Shown: one piece after another, positions 15,541 to 24,267 of the stretch
Layout of the letters: every line of letters starts with the position of its first letter
Numbering within the stretch: position 1 is the stretch's first letter
Assembly: GCA_021774385.1 (NCBI GenBank)
Contig: JAJFJC010000025.1
Coordinates: forward strand, 1-53,590
Length of the DNA stretch: 53,590 bases
Direction: 5' to 3'
From: Alphaproteobacteria bacterium
Lineage (GTDB): Bacteria; Pseudomonadota; Alphaproteobacteria; UBA8366; GCA-2717185
Notes under the pieces: model-generated
Told to the model about the DNA's origin: nothing
The model's input: only the letters and a program-made list of their open reading frames with translations
Database searches by the model: none
Program-made: the position numbers and the translations under genes

Positions 15541-16947
15541 CTAGAAGGCGATGTTTATTTTCGTCCGAATTCCATATCCGTTATCGATGGAATCTTGCAT
15601 CACGGCAAATCCGCCGACTTCAAAAAATGTATGCTGATTGAGTTTCTGTGAATAACGCACCGCAGCGCCGAAACGGTCGATCCCGCCCGGCGAATTATCA
15701 TCCTTGCCGCCAATTTCGAAGACCAGGTTTCTGTCGAGGGAGGGCCATATCAACTGGTAGCCAATCGCGCCGCCATAGGTATCGTTGGCTCTATTGCTGA
15801 TTGCCGCGCCGGCCAAACCGTTTCCGGAGAACAATAAACCAGTAAGACTCAGCGGCCCGCCCCTTTCGCGCGAAGCGGGTGCATAGGCCCCCTCGGCCGC
15901 GAATAAATTCACATACATGATATCGTCGGTCCGTTTCGGCGCCCAGGAAAAGCTTGTGTAAAGCAAGGTGCCGTCCGTGGCCTGTGCGGTTTCTTGGTCC
16001 GGCGTAAAGGACGATGCGAGATGGACCTTTGTATCGACGGCGCGTTCGAAGAAGACAAAGCCATGCGTAAAACTGGCCCCGATATTAAATTGATCGCCGA
16101 TGACATCGCTGCTGTCGACATAAATCATATCAAGATCGACCGTTGAGTGCGCGATATCGGCAGACGTGAAAATGCCATACAATTCGCCATCAGGATCGTC
16201 AATATTGTTACTTCGTTGAACGTTGTTCACACCCACAAAACCGCCAATGCGCGCGAAATTGGAGCCTGGAAACGGAATCGTGCTTCTCGTAACAGCGATC
16301 GAATCCATTGTGTCGTTAATCAATATGCCGTCTTGAATGATGGCACGTTGTCGGCCAAAGGAAAATTCGTAGTCGAGCGGTAACCGACCGAGCCAATCGA
16401 TTTTTGGAAATATTTCCGACAGCTCACCCTCAAAAAATGCAGTGGTTAAGCGAAGGTTCGTTTCGTTTTCAAACCCGGATTCCGGTTGAAACGAATATCG
16501 GGTTCGTGGTCCGCCTTCGCGCTCCAAAGGGGAAATGCCCACCAAAATTCGCTCCGTACCGCTGAGTGTTAGATTCAGGAACAAGTCCAGTCTGGTCACA
16601 AAATCGATTGAGGTATCGGCAACCCCGTTGTCCGTAACTTCCAATCCTGTATTGATAAATCCGTACAACAACAGGCCGGGCGATATGATCATACCCGTGG
16701 GCAATTCGAATTCGCAGCAGTACTCCCCTTCGTTTACGTAGTCCTGAAACAATTCGAAAATTGGCTTCGGACGCGGTGGAAAGTCCTTCTGTTCCTTGAG
16801 CCCAGGCACCTTGTCTGAGTAGCGTGACGGACTTTCGGCGGCGGGCTTGGCGCTGGACTTTTTATCATCGGCAAAAACATCATTCGAAAATCCGATACCG
16901 AAACCGATAAGAGTGAAAACGCCAGTGATGATGATTTTTTTCAACAT
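15541..16947 (-). CDS. Outer-membrane beta-barrel protein (porin-like), family unassigned
   Basis: Signal peptide MLKKIIITGVFTLIGFGIGFSNDVFA. No heme motifs. Alternating hydrophobic strands with Gly/Asn/Asp turns. C-terminal KINIAF (terminal Phe). FGRQRAIIQDG resembles alginate-export-type barrels. The track start at 16968 is possible, but ATG at 16947 gives a canonical signal peptide. Confidence 0.7.
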   Translation of the reverse strand: MLKKIIITGVFTLIGFGIGFSNDVFADDKKSSAKPAAESPSRYSDKVPGLKEQKDFPPRPKPIFELFQDYVNEGEYCCEFELPTGMIISPGLLLYGFINTGLEVTDNGVADTSIDFVTRLDLFLNLTLSGTERILVGISPLEREGGPRTRYSFQPESGFENETNLRLTTAFFEGELSEIFPKIDWLGRLPLDYEFSFGRQRAIIQDGILINDTMDSIAVTRSTIPFPGSNFARIGGFVGVNNVQRSNNIDDPDGELYGIFTSADIAHSTVDLDMIYVDSSDVIGDQFNIGASFTHGFVFFERAVDTKVHLASSFTPDQETAQATDGTLLYTSFSWAPKRTDDIMYVNLFAAEGAYAPASRERGGPLSLTGLLFSGNGLAGAAISNRANDTYGGAIGYQLIWPSLDRNLVFEIGGKDDNSPGGIDRFGAAVRYSQKLNQHTFFEVGGFAVMQDSIDNGYGIRTKINIAF

Positions 16948-16957
16948 GTTAGGCACT

Positions 16958-18745
16958 CTACTTTCCAATTTTCACCGTCTCGGTTTTTTCCCACAGGTTC
17001 ATGCTTAGGTCGACCACCCGCTTCGCCAACTCGCGCAAGGAGAAGTTATAGTCGAGCCCAACACCGGAAATGACGTGGACAAAAAATGCCGGCATCGGTT
17101 GGGCAATCAGCTTCATATTCACCGTGTAGGTTTCGCCCGGCTTCAACAGATCGGAATCGACGGAGTAACTTGCCCAACGGTGACCGCCAGGCTCAATGCT
17201 GTTCTTCAACGTGCGGGCGCTTTGCGGGCGCATAAGGATGGCGGTCGAATTCGTGGGGGGACGGATAAACGGCCGGACCGCGGCCGAGAACGGAACAAAC
17301 CGCAATTGCGTGCGCTCGCCACCCCAAAATGTTCGGGTCATGAAATGGCTTTCCAGATTGAACAGTTGTTTGTCGAATTCCACTTCGCCATTGCGCACGT
17401 AACGGGAGTAGCGCTCTCGCAGGTCGCCGTTCGGATCGCGGTCGCCGGATTTGAAAACGACCTCACCCTGGCTGTCCTTGACCGTGACCTGGAAAAACAC
17501 CATCCGTTCATGGATGAAGCCCGATGGCGCGTTATGACCGAGCACGGCATTTCTCAGTTTGATCTTGAAGTTGAGACCGCTGCTCATATTGGCATCGTCG
17601 ATGACGACCTCATCCACCTTATACCCAGCCTTCATTAACGCATCGCGCTGACCCTTGGCCCAGCCCAACAGTTCGAACTGCTCGTCGAGAATTTCCCGGG
17701 CTTCGTAGCGCAAATTCTGATCCTGCCAGAATTTCGGGAACTTATAATCGTCGGCGACGTCGTCCTCGAATTTGTCCGTACCCCAACCCTTTTTGTGGTC
17801 GAACTCTAGCCATTGCTCGTAGGTCGCGATCTGCACCGCATCTGGATTATGTGGAAAGATACCGGGATGCAGAACCGAGAAATCCGGCCCGGCAAAATAG
17901 TGATTCGACAGCCGCCGATGCTTGGTCTCGGTCTTGCCGATCACCGCGCCGGGCCCCTTGGAGAATCCCTTATTCTCACCCGGTACCTTGCCCATGTGGC
18001 AATCTTGGCATGTTACGCCGTCGCGGGCCGATTGCGAGGTGCGGTATTCGTCGAAGGTTTCCTCATTGTGCAAGCCGGTCGGCAACCTCGATGAATGGCA
18101 ATTGCTACAGAAGGTCGAGGCCCTGAGAAACGAATAGGGTTCGACCTTGCCATGGATCTTCCGGCCTTTCTTGCCGGGTTTGGTGACCAGAGACAGCGAG
18201 GCGTCTTTTTCGGCCTCGGCCTGGATTTTGTTGTTGGTCGGTCCAAAGATCGGCGCAAAGATATCCCCTTTTGTGATCTTCGCCCGCGCGCTGCGTTTGC
18301 CATAGCGTTCGGCGAATCGGTGACAAACGACGCAGGTAATCCCTTCGATCACCGGACCCAGGAAGTCCTCGCCCGCTCGCGCGAATTGCGCTCTCTTCAT
18401 GTTGGAAATCTGCATAACCTTCAATACCGCCGCCAACGGTGCGTGACACCGCGAACAAGTGTCGGCCGAGGTGCTGTTGACTTTGGACAGGAGCGCAAGC
18501 TCCGTCGAGACGAAGAAGGGGCTCAGATTGGCATAGGCATGCTGCGAGGCGGACCACTGACGAAACTGAATCTCATGACAGGATTTGCATTCGAAAGCGG
18601 AGGGGAACTGCTTGTTTCGAAAAAGCTCCTCGTGCGCTTTGTCTTCGTCGACTTTGCCACCGGCCTTTTGTGCCAACGCCGATCCCGTGATCGCCATGGC
18701 CAACGACAGGATAATTGCAAACAGTACCCTCGATTGCGAAAACAT
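16958..18745 (-). CDS. Pentaheme c-type cytochrome with a large heme-free C-terminal domain, secreted/periplasmic
   Basis: Signal peptide ending GSALA. Five CxxCH motifs (CKSCH, CSRCH, CVVCH, CSNCH, CQDCH) within the first 260 aa or so, followed by about 330 aa without Cys-heme motifs. SD AAGGGGG lies 5 nt before the ATG. Confidence 0.85.
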   Translation of the reverse strand: MFSQSRVLFAIILSLAMAITGSALAQKAGGKVDEDKAHEELFRNKQFPSAFECKSCHEIQFRQWSASQHAYANLSPFFVSTELALLSKVNSTSADTCSRCHAPLAAVLKVMQISNMKRAQFARAGEDFLGPVIEGITCVVCHRFAERYGKRSARAKITKGDIFAPIFGPTNNKIQAEAEKDASLSLVTKPGKKGRKIHGKVEPYSFLRASTFCSNCHSSRLPTGLHNEETFDEYRTSQSARDGVTCQDCHMGKVPGENKGFSKGPGAVIGKTETKHRRLSNHYFAGPDFSVLHPGIFPHNPDAVQIATYEQWLEFDHKKGWGTDKFEDDVADDYKFPKFWQDQNLRYEAREILDEQFELLGWAKGQRDALMKAGYKVDEVVIDDANMSSGLNFKIKLRNAVLGHNAPSGFIHERMVFFQVTVKDSQGEVVFKSGDRDPNGDLRERYSRYVRNGEVEFDKQLFNLESHFMTRTFWGGERTQLRFVPFSAAVRPFIRPPTNSTAILMRPQSARTLKNSIEPGGHRWASYSVDSDLLKPGETYTVNMKLIAQPMPAFFVHVISGVGLDYNFSLRELAKRVVDLSMNLWEKTETVKIGK

Positions 18746-18777
18746 TGAGCCCCCTTACTCCCTAGTACCAACGTCGT

Positions 18778-18819
18778 ATTGTATTGGGCTAGATTCGGGC
18801 CGTTATTGATCTATATCAA
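18778..18819 (-). promoter_or_regulatory. Class II FNR/FixK-type promoter: TTGATCTATATCAA box (18806-18819) plus a TACAAT -10 element (18783-18778, reverse strand)
   Basis: Perfect TTGAT-N4-ATCAA palindrome. The box centre (18812.5) is about 41.5 bp from a TSS predicted about 7 nt downstream of the -10 (about 18771). This leaves a leader of about 26 nt before the ATG at 18745. Confidence 0.65.
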
Positions 18820-18879
18820 TTTTTATAGTGCTAAATTTTGTTAGACAGCTTAAATATGAAGTAATTCACGGATTTGTTG

Positions 18880-18900
18880 TAAATTTCCCTTAAATTTCCC
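18880..18900. repeat. Direct repeat TAAATTTCCC x2 with 11-bp periodicity, upstream of the FNR-type box
   Basis: 18880-18889 and 18891-18900 are identical, read directly. Possibly a binding site for a second regulator. Confidence 0.4.
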
Positions 18901-19040
18901 AAGATTAGTTGTGAAATTGAATCTTGAGATGATTTGAGACTTTGGGGCCAATTTTGGCAGCCCTTGGTTTCGCCTCCTCCCCAAGCCGCCAGCATCGAAA
19001 ACGTCTCCGAAAACCTGTCAGGAACGAGTAGAGACGGAGC

Positions 19041-19718
19041 TTAAACGGCCTCGGTACCTTTTACGATATGATCGTGAAGGGAATGAAATGCGGTCTCTAA
19101 ATTTTCGCCGAACAACGGATCCGCGTTCCCGGCGAAGGCATCATCGATGTCACGCCAGTCTTTCTCGGTCAACGTCATCTTGGCCGCGGGAATAATCTTT
19201 TCCTCTTCGAGGCGCATATGTTGGCGTTGTGATGCGATAAAATTCTCCGCCTTCGTCGCCAAATCCTCGAGCCCATTTGGATAATTCATTTCGTATGCCT
19301 TTAATGCGGCATCAAGTTCGTCAATCTGGCGTTCGCCCGCGGTGTGTTGATCGATTAGCTCGTCCAGAACCTCTCCGATATTGGGGCTTCGCATTCGGAC
19401 TGCCCTAAAAAGATGGTGCTCTTCCTTTGGATGATGAAACTGGTTGGGAAAGACGCGAATGTAATAAACGATGGAATAGAGCAGATTGAGATCAGGCACC
19501 TTCCGCGACTGGATTTTGTGGCCAAGCGCCGCGAGCCGCCTCCCATCGTAAGCCCGCAAATATTGAACGACGTCACGTAGGCAGGCCAAAACACGCGCGT
19601 AGTCTCTATGCTCCGACTGAATTCTCTCGATTGCACTCGCCATACCGACACCCAAAATTCGAAAACCCAATGCTTCTATTACTGGTATTGCCCGACTGGG
19701 AAGCACGCCATGATTCAT
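19041..19718 (-). CDS. Hemerythrin (HHE cation-binding) domain protein
   Basis: IQSEHRDYARVL and HHPKEEHHLF His/Glu-rich helices. An alternative start at 19643 (MASAIERIQSEH) is plausible. Confidence 0.7.
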   Translation of the reverse strand: MNHGVLPSRAIPVIEALGFRILGVGMASAIERIQSEHRDYARVLACLRDVVQYLRAYDGRRLAALGHKIQSRKVPDLNLLYSIVYYIRVFPNQFHHPKEEHHLFRAVRMRSPNIGEVLDELIDQHTAGERQIDELDAALKAYEMNYPNGLEDLATKAENFIASQRQHMRLEEEKIIPAAKMTLTEKDWRDIDDAFAGNADPLFGENLETAFHSLHDHIVKGTEAV

Positions 19719-19898
19719 ATCAATTCACGCTATCGACAAAAAATATTGAACTGCGCGGCACGGTGCGGGAAGTGAGAGGGCCAAGTTTCTGGAATTGAAA
19801 AGTCGCGATGTATCGGCTTGCACAACAATCACGCCATAGCGCTGCTATTTTCTCCCAAACCCTAGTTGCGCGTCCGACCGGCTAAGCCTCAGCCGTCT

Positions 19899-20654
19899 TC
19901 AAAGCCTCTCTAGAAAGCTCTCCAGCGCGCCGTTAACGGTATCCGGTTTCTCGACATTCACACCATGACCCGCCCCCGGAACGACGACGTTGATGGCACC
20001 GGGAATTCGACTGGCCATGTAGCTAGATCCGTCCAGATAATTGGTATCGCCATCACCGATAACGACAAGCGTCGGAACGGAAATTCCGGGCAGGCTATCG
20101 ATCACCCGTGAATCAACCTGGCTGAGAATGCCACGTGCCGCCTGCGCGAGGCTTTTGGCCGAACCTTGCACGCTTTCGCCGACCTCGGCACCACCGCCGA
20201 GCGCCGCCAAACCGCCCTCTTCCAACGTCCGTGCCCGGTTTTCCGCGCGTTCGTTCCATTTTTCCCGAGCCTCATCACGGCGGTAGCCAGGACCGCAGCC
20301 CTGCAGGACAAGCGCCTGCACGCGTTCGGGATAGGCGACATTGAAGGCAAGCGACATAAATCCACCCAGCGAATGGCCCGCAATCACCGCTTTCTCGATG
20401 CCAAGGTGATCGAGCAGCGCACGCATGTCCTCGGCCGTATGTGCTTGGCTGTAATGCGTCAGGTCTTCCGGGCACTCGGTTTTCCCGTGGCCGCGCATGT
20501 CCCAGCGAATAAGCCGATAGCGATCGGCGAAAGCCGCGACCTGCCCCGCCCACATGCCGGTCGAGGCGCCAAAACCATGGGTCAGTAAAACAGGCACGCC
20601 CGCGCCATCGTCTTCATAGAAAAGCCGGGCCGCCTCACGCTCCAGATATGGCAT
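19899..20654 (-). CDS. Alpha/beta-fold hydrolase
   Basis: HGFG oxyanion motif, nucleophile elbow GHSLGG, and C-terminal PGAGHGVNVEKP. Confidence 0.85.
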   Translation of the reverse strand: MPYLEREAARLFYEDDGAGVPVLLTHGFGASTGMWAGQVAAFADRYRLIRWDMRGHGKTECPEDLTHYSQAHTAEDMRALLDHLGIEKAVIAGHSLGGFMSLAFNVAYPERVQALVLQGCGPGYRRDEAREKWNERAENRARTLEEGGLAALGGGAEVGESVQGSAKSLAQAARGILSQVDSRVIDSLPGISVPTLVVIGDGDTNYLDGSSYMASRIPGAINVVVPGAGHGVNVEKPDTVNGALESFLERL

Positions 20655-20674
20655 CTAGAAAACTCCTTCTCGTC

Positions 20675-21343
20675 TCAGTCCTTCGTAAATGCATCACCGT
20701 CGAAGCGTTCGTATACGGCGATATCCTCCACGGGGTTGCGGCGCAGTTTGGTAAGCTGTTTTACCGGCTTGCCCATGGGCACGATGGCACAGACGCCGAA
20801 ATCCGGAGGGATATTCAACAATTCCCGGATCTTCGGTTCCTGCGCGATCGCCAGCGTCGTGATCGTGCCGCCAAACCCGGCTTGCCTCGCCAGGAGGCAG
20901 ACATTCCAGACAAACGGATAAACCGACGCGCCACTGACGATTCCCACGCGATCGAGGTCCTGATCCATCGACGCGACCACCTTCAGGTCAACCACGAAGA
21001 CAAGCACCACCGAAGCGGCGCGAAACGGCTCTGTCAGCAGCCCCGCGGCAGGCGTCGCCTCGATCTGTTCGGGCGTCGCCTTGGTCGGTACGACAGCGTT
21101 CCACGGGCTCTCGCCCAAATTGATCTGAGCCATGTAACGCTTCGCCGCCGGCACGGCGAGTTCGGCGAGGCTGTTCCTGGTTTCCGCGTCGCGTACGACA
21201 ATAACCCGGTTACCCTGACGGTTCCCGCCGCTCGGTGCGAAGCGGGCCGTCTCCAGGATGTCGTACAAGGTCTCGTCCGATAACGGTTCGCCCGTATAAT
21301 CCCGCGCCGCGAACGTCGTCCGCACGACATCGTTCAGTTCCAT
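20675..21343 (-). CDS. Nitroreductase-family protein
   Basis: RDYTGEPLSDETLYDILETARFAPSGGNRQ is a typical nitroreductase N-terminal motif. Confidence 0.8.
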   Translation of the reverse strand: MELNDVVRTTFAARDYTGEPLSDETLYDILETARFAPSGGNRQGNRVIVVRDAETRNSLAELAVPAAKRYMAQINLGESPWNAVVPTKATPEQIEATPAAGLLTEPFRAASVVLVFVVDLKVVASMDQDLDRVGIVSGASVYPFVWNVCLLARQAGFGGTITTLAIAQEPKIRELLNIPPDFGVCAIVPMGKPVKQLTKLRRNPVEDIAVYERFDGDAFTKD

Positions 21344-21434
21344 GGGTGCCCCTTGCGTTACCGTGTAAGTTTTGTTTGTGGGATAGTAACCGGCCAGGCT
21401 TCCGCCGCAAACAGGCGAACGGCAGAGCCGGCTT

Positions 21435-22898
21435 CTACGCCGCCGATTCTCGATTGAGGAAAATCGGTATCACCATCAGCAACGCCAGGACGGCGAAACC
21501 GATATTGACGATATAAACCCATTGCATGGCGAAGATGATTGCCTCGCGGCTGGACCCGTCGACGAGACCCGCCATGGCGGCGATCATGCCCGAGGCGGCC
21601 GCACCGAAAGCAATGCCGATATTGCGAACCGTCTGCACGGACGTACCGGCGAGTTGCTTCTCCGATTCCGATGCTGCGGCAATGACACGCTGCATGGCCG
21701 GGATATTGAGCAACCCCATACCGGTACCGTTGATACCCATGGCGATAGCGATCGCCAACACCGGTCCGTTCTCAAGCGTCAAGGCAATCGCAACCGCCGA
21801 GACCAATAGACAAATCAGACCCGCCGCAAGCAAATAGGGCTCCATTTTTCGCGTTGCACCCGTCAGGCCTAACGCGGCAACCGTCCACATCATAGACTGG
21901 ATGGCCAGCAGGTACCCCGCCGTCAATGGCGCGATGCCATGCAGAACCTGCAGGTAAAACGTGGTGTAGGTATTGACGAATGTTAACACGATACTGACGA
22001 GAAACAGGATCCAGTAGCCGGCGCCCAACTGACTGGCGACCGCCGTAATACCTCGCGGGAACATATTGTGGATCGAACGCGCGTCGCGGTGGAAGGCAAT
22101 CGCCGCAAAACCGAGAGCCACAACGAGTAGCAGCAAGCGCTGCCAGTTCAAATCGACCAGCGACGTCGCGCTCATCATCAATACCGACAAAGCCAGAAGC
22201 GAGAGGCGCCAGAACGGCAAGTCGGATAAGCGGCCATGGCCGCGCCGCCCCTCGACATACCGCCACGCCAGGACGACGAAAATGATGGCGAATACCATCA
22301 TCGTCCAAAACGCGCCGCGCCAAAGCCCCGGCGCCGCGAAGAAACCGCCGAGCGCCGGCCCGCTGACCGTACCAAAACCCCAAATGCCGGACACCAGGCC
22401 AAAGACGCGGCCGCGCAGCCTCTGCGGATAGACGACAGCCACCAAGCCATAGGCCAGCGACGCGACGCCGCCGCCACCGATTCCCTGCACGAGCCGGAAA
22501 CCGACAACGCTCGGCATATCCCAGGCAAGCGCCGTCCCCGCCAGACCAATGGCAAAGACCAATCCGGCGCCGGCATAGACGCGGCGCATCCCGAACGCAT
22601 CGCTCAGAGGACCGACACTGGCCGCACCGACAATCGAGCCGACGGCAAACAGAGAGAAAGCCCAGGTGTAGTAATCCAGCCCGCCGAGGTCGGCGACAAC
22701 GGTCGGCATGATCGTCGCCACGACGAATTGATTTATGGCGAAAACCGTCATGCCCAAATTGAGCACCAAGGTATAAATGCCGTACCGGCCTACGAAGATT
22801 TCCGACCACTGCCCCGCGGCTTGGTCTTCCTCGTCTGAGGCGGGCGTCACGTCCTCGTCTCGCCCGTGGCGCGTTGATTTGCTACCCGTTCGCGCCAT
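21435..22898 (-). CDS. MFS transporter (multi-TM, drug/H+ antiporter-like)
   Basis: About 12-14 hydrophobic helices, with LSDAFGMRRV (motif A-like). The 5' end overlaps the upstream DMT gene by 52 nt, so the true start is uncertain. Confidence 0.8.
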   Translation of the reverse strand: MARTGSKSTRHGRDEDVTPASDEEDQAAGQWSEIFVGRYGIYTLVLNLGMTVFAINQFVVATIMPTVVADLGGLDYYTWAFSLFAVGSIVGAASVGPLSDAFGMRRVYAGAGLVFAIGLAGTALAWDMPSVVGFRLVQGIGGGGVASLAYGLVAVVYPQRLRGRVFGLVSGIWGFGTVSGPALGGFFAAPGLWRGAFWTMMVFAIIFVVLAWRYVEGRRGHGRLSDLPFWRLSLLALSVLMMSATSLVDLNWQRLLLLVVALGFAAIAFHRDARSIHNMFPRGITAVASQLGAGYWILFLVSIVLTFVNTYTTFYLQVLHGIAPLTAGYLLAIQSMMWTVAALGLTGATRKMEPYLLAAGLICLLVSAVAIALTLENGPVLAIAIAMGINGTGMGLLNIPAMQRVIAAASESEKQLAGTSVQTVRNIGIAFGAAASGMIAAMAGLVDGSSREAIIFAMQWVYIVNIGFAVLALLMVIPIFLNRESAA

Positions 22899-23833
22899 GC
22901 CACGAACAGACCGGCGCCCGCGATCATGGCCATACCGGCTAGGGTCAGCACATCCGGCACGTGACTCCAGAACACATAGCCCCAGAACGTCGCGAAAACG
23001 ATGTAGCTGTAGTCAAACGGCGCCAGCCAACTAGCCTCCGCGCTTTGATAGGCGCGGGATAATGCGATATTGGCGGTGAGATTGATCAAGGAACAGAGCC
23101 CAATAAGCGCGACAACCCAAAAGTCAATCGCATGCCATCCAGTTAGGAGATAGGGCCATTGCGATGCCTGCGAAGGCACCAGCAAGAACGAGAAAACCAC
23201 CACACCGAGCGCGCCGGCTGTAAAAAAGGTGAAAGCGACGCCATACGCCAACGTTATCGGCGACTCGTCGCGGCAAAGACGGCGCGTCGTCAAAATCGTC
23301 CCCGCGTAACAAAGCCCCGCACCGACCGGCATTAGACCAACCAGTTGGAACGCATCCGTCCCAGGCTTGAGGATCAGCAAGGTACCGGCAAACCCGATCA
23401 GAATTGCCAAAACGCGGCGTGGCCCCACGCGTTCACCCAGCAACAATGCCGAAAGGACGGCCACGAAGAGCGGGAAGACATAGAGACCCGCGGCAATGTT
23501 GGCGAGGTCCAAGAACGGGATGCCGCCGAAATAGAAGACCATCGCGCCGACTAGAAACAAACTACGCAACGCCACTGCCCAAAACCGCTTCGGCGGCGGA
23601 CAGGAGGCCCCCCAGATGACGCGGGTCAGCAGAAGCAAGAGGATTACGTTAAGGCCCGCCCGGATCACCTGGAACTGCCATAGTGACAGTTCCGAACTGG
23701 TCAGTTTGACGACGCTGTCTTGAAAGGCGAGCAGGAATAGCGCCCCGACCATTATCGTCGCGGCGTGTCCGGGCCGATCCACTGTCGTGCCCGACAGCAG
23801 GCTGTGCCGCTTCGGTTTCCCCGATATGGTCAA
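22847..23833 (-). CDS. DMT-superfamily (EamA-like) transporter
   Basis: Ten hydrophobic helices in two similar halves, about 300 aa. Confidence 0.75.
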   Translation of the reverse strand: MTISGKPKRHSLLSGTTVDRPGHAATIMVGALFLLAFQDSVVKLTSSELSLWQFQVIRAGLNVILLLLLTRVIWGASCPPPKRFWAVALRSLFLVGAMVFYFGGIPFLDLANIAAGLYVFPLFVAVLSALLLGERVGPRRVLAILIGFAGTLLILKPGTDAFQLVGLMPVGAGLCYAGTILTTRRLCRDESPITLAYGVAFTFFTAGALGVVVFSFLLVPSQASQWPYLLTGWHAIDFWVVALIGLCSLINLTANIALSRAYQSAEASWLAPFDYSYIVFATFWGYVFWSHVPDVLTLAGMAMIAGAGLFVAWRERVANQRATGETRT

Positions 23834-23857
23834 TGTCTGTCCTGCCGTGCAAAACCG

Positions 23858-24244
23858 CTATGGCAACCGGGCAACCGCTTCAATCTCTACCGTCATCTCT
23901 GGAAGCGCCAATTTGCGTACTTCAACCAACGTGCTGGCCGGATGATCGATGAAATGCGCACGGTAAACGTCGGTATGTTCGTGGAAGGCCTCGATGTCGG
24001 TCGTGTACATCGTGTATTTCACGACGTCCCCAAAACCCGCACCGGCGGCATGTAGAACATGGCCCAGATTTTCAAAACAGGTTTCGATCTGTCTGCGAAT
24101 ATCACCCGCGCCGACAAGGTTGCCATCCGGGTCACGGGCTGTGATGCCAGAGGTGAACAACAAACGTCCCTCCACGGTAACGCCTTGCGCAAAAGCGCTC
24201 TTCTTTACCCAGGGCTTGTCGATATGAATCGGCGCTCTGCTCAT
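23858..24244 (-). CDS. RidA/YjgF-family protein
   Basis: 128 aa with LLFTSGITARDPDG and a VEIEAVA C-terminal signature. Confidence 0.85.
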   Translation of the reverse strand: MSRAPIHIDKPWVKKSAFAQGVTVEGRLLFTSGITARDPDGNLVGAGDIRRQIETCFENLGHVLHAAGAGFGDVVKYTMYTTDIEAFHEHTDVYRAHFIDHPASTLVEVRKLALPEMTVEIEAVARLP

Positions 24245-24267
24245 CTATTTTCCTCTCCATAATGCCG

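Noticed and set aside
21772-22809. A 345-aa reverse ORF nested in the MFS gene. Similar long nested or antisense ORFs lie at 31647-32417, 36673-37449, 40046-40960, 44672-45340, 38715-39374 and 20648-21283.
   Set aside because: - These are alternative-frame or antisense ORFs typical of GC-rich DNA.
- They are Arg/Gly/Pro-rich with no motifs.
- Each fully overlaps a gene that has clear family signatures.
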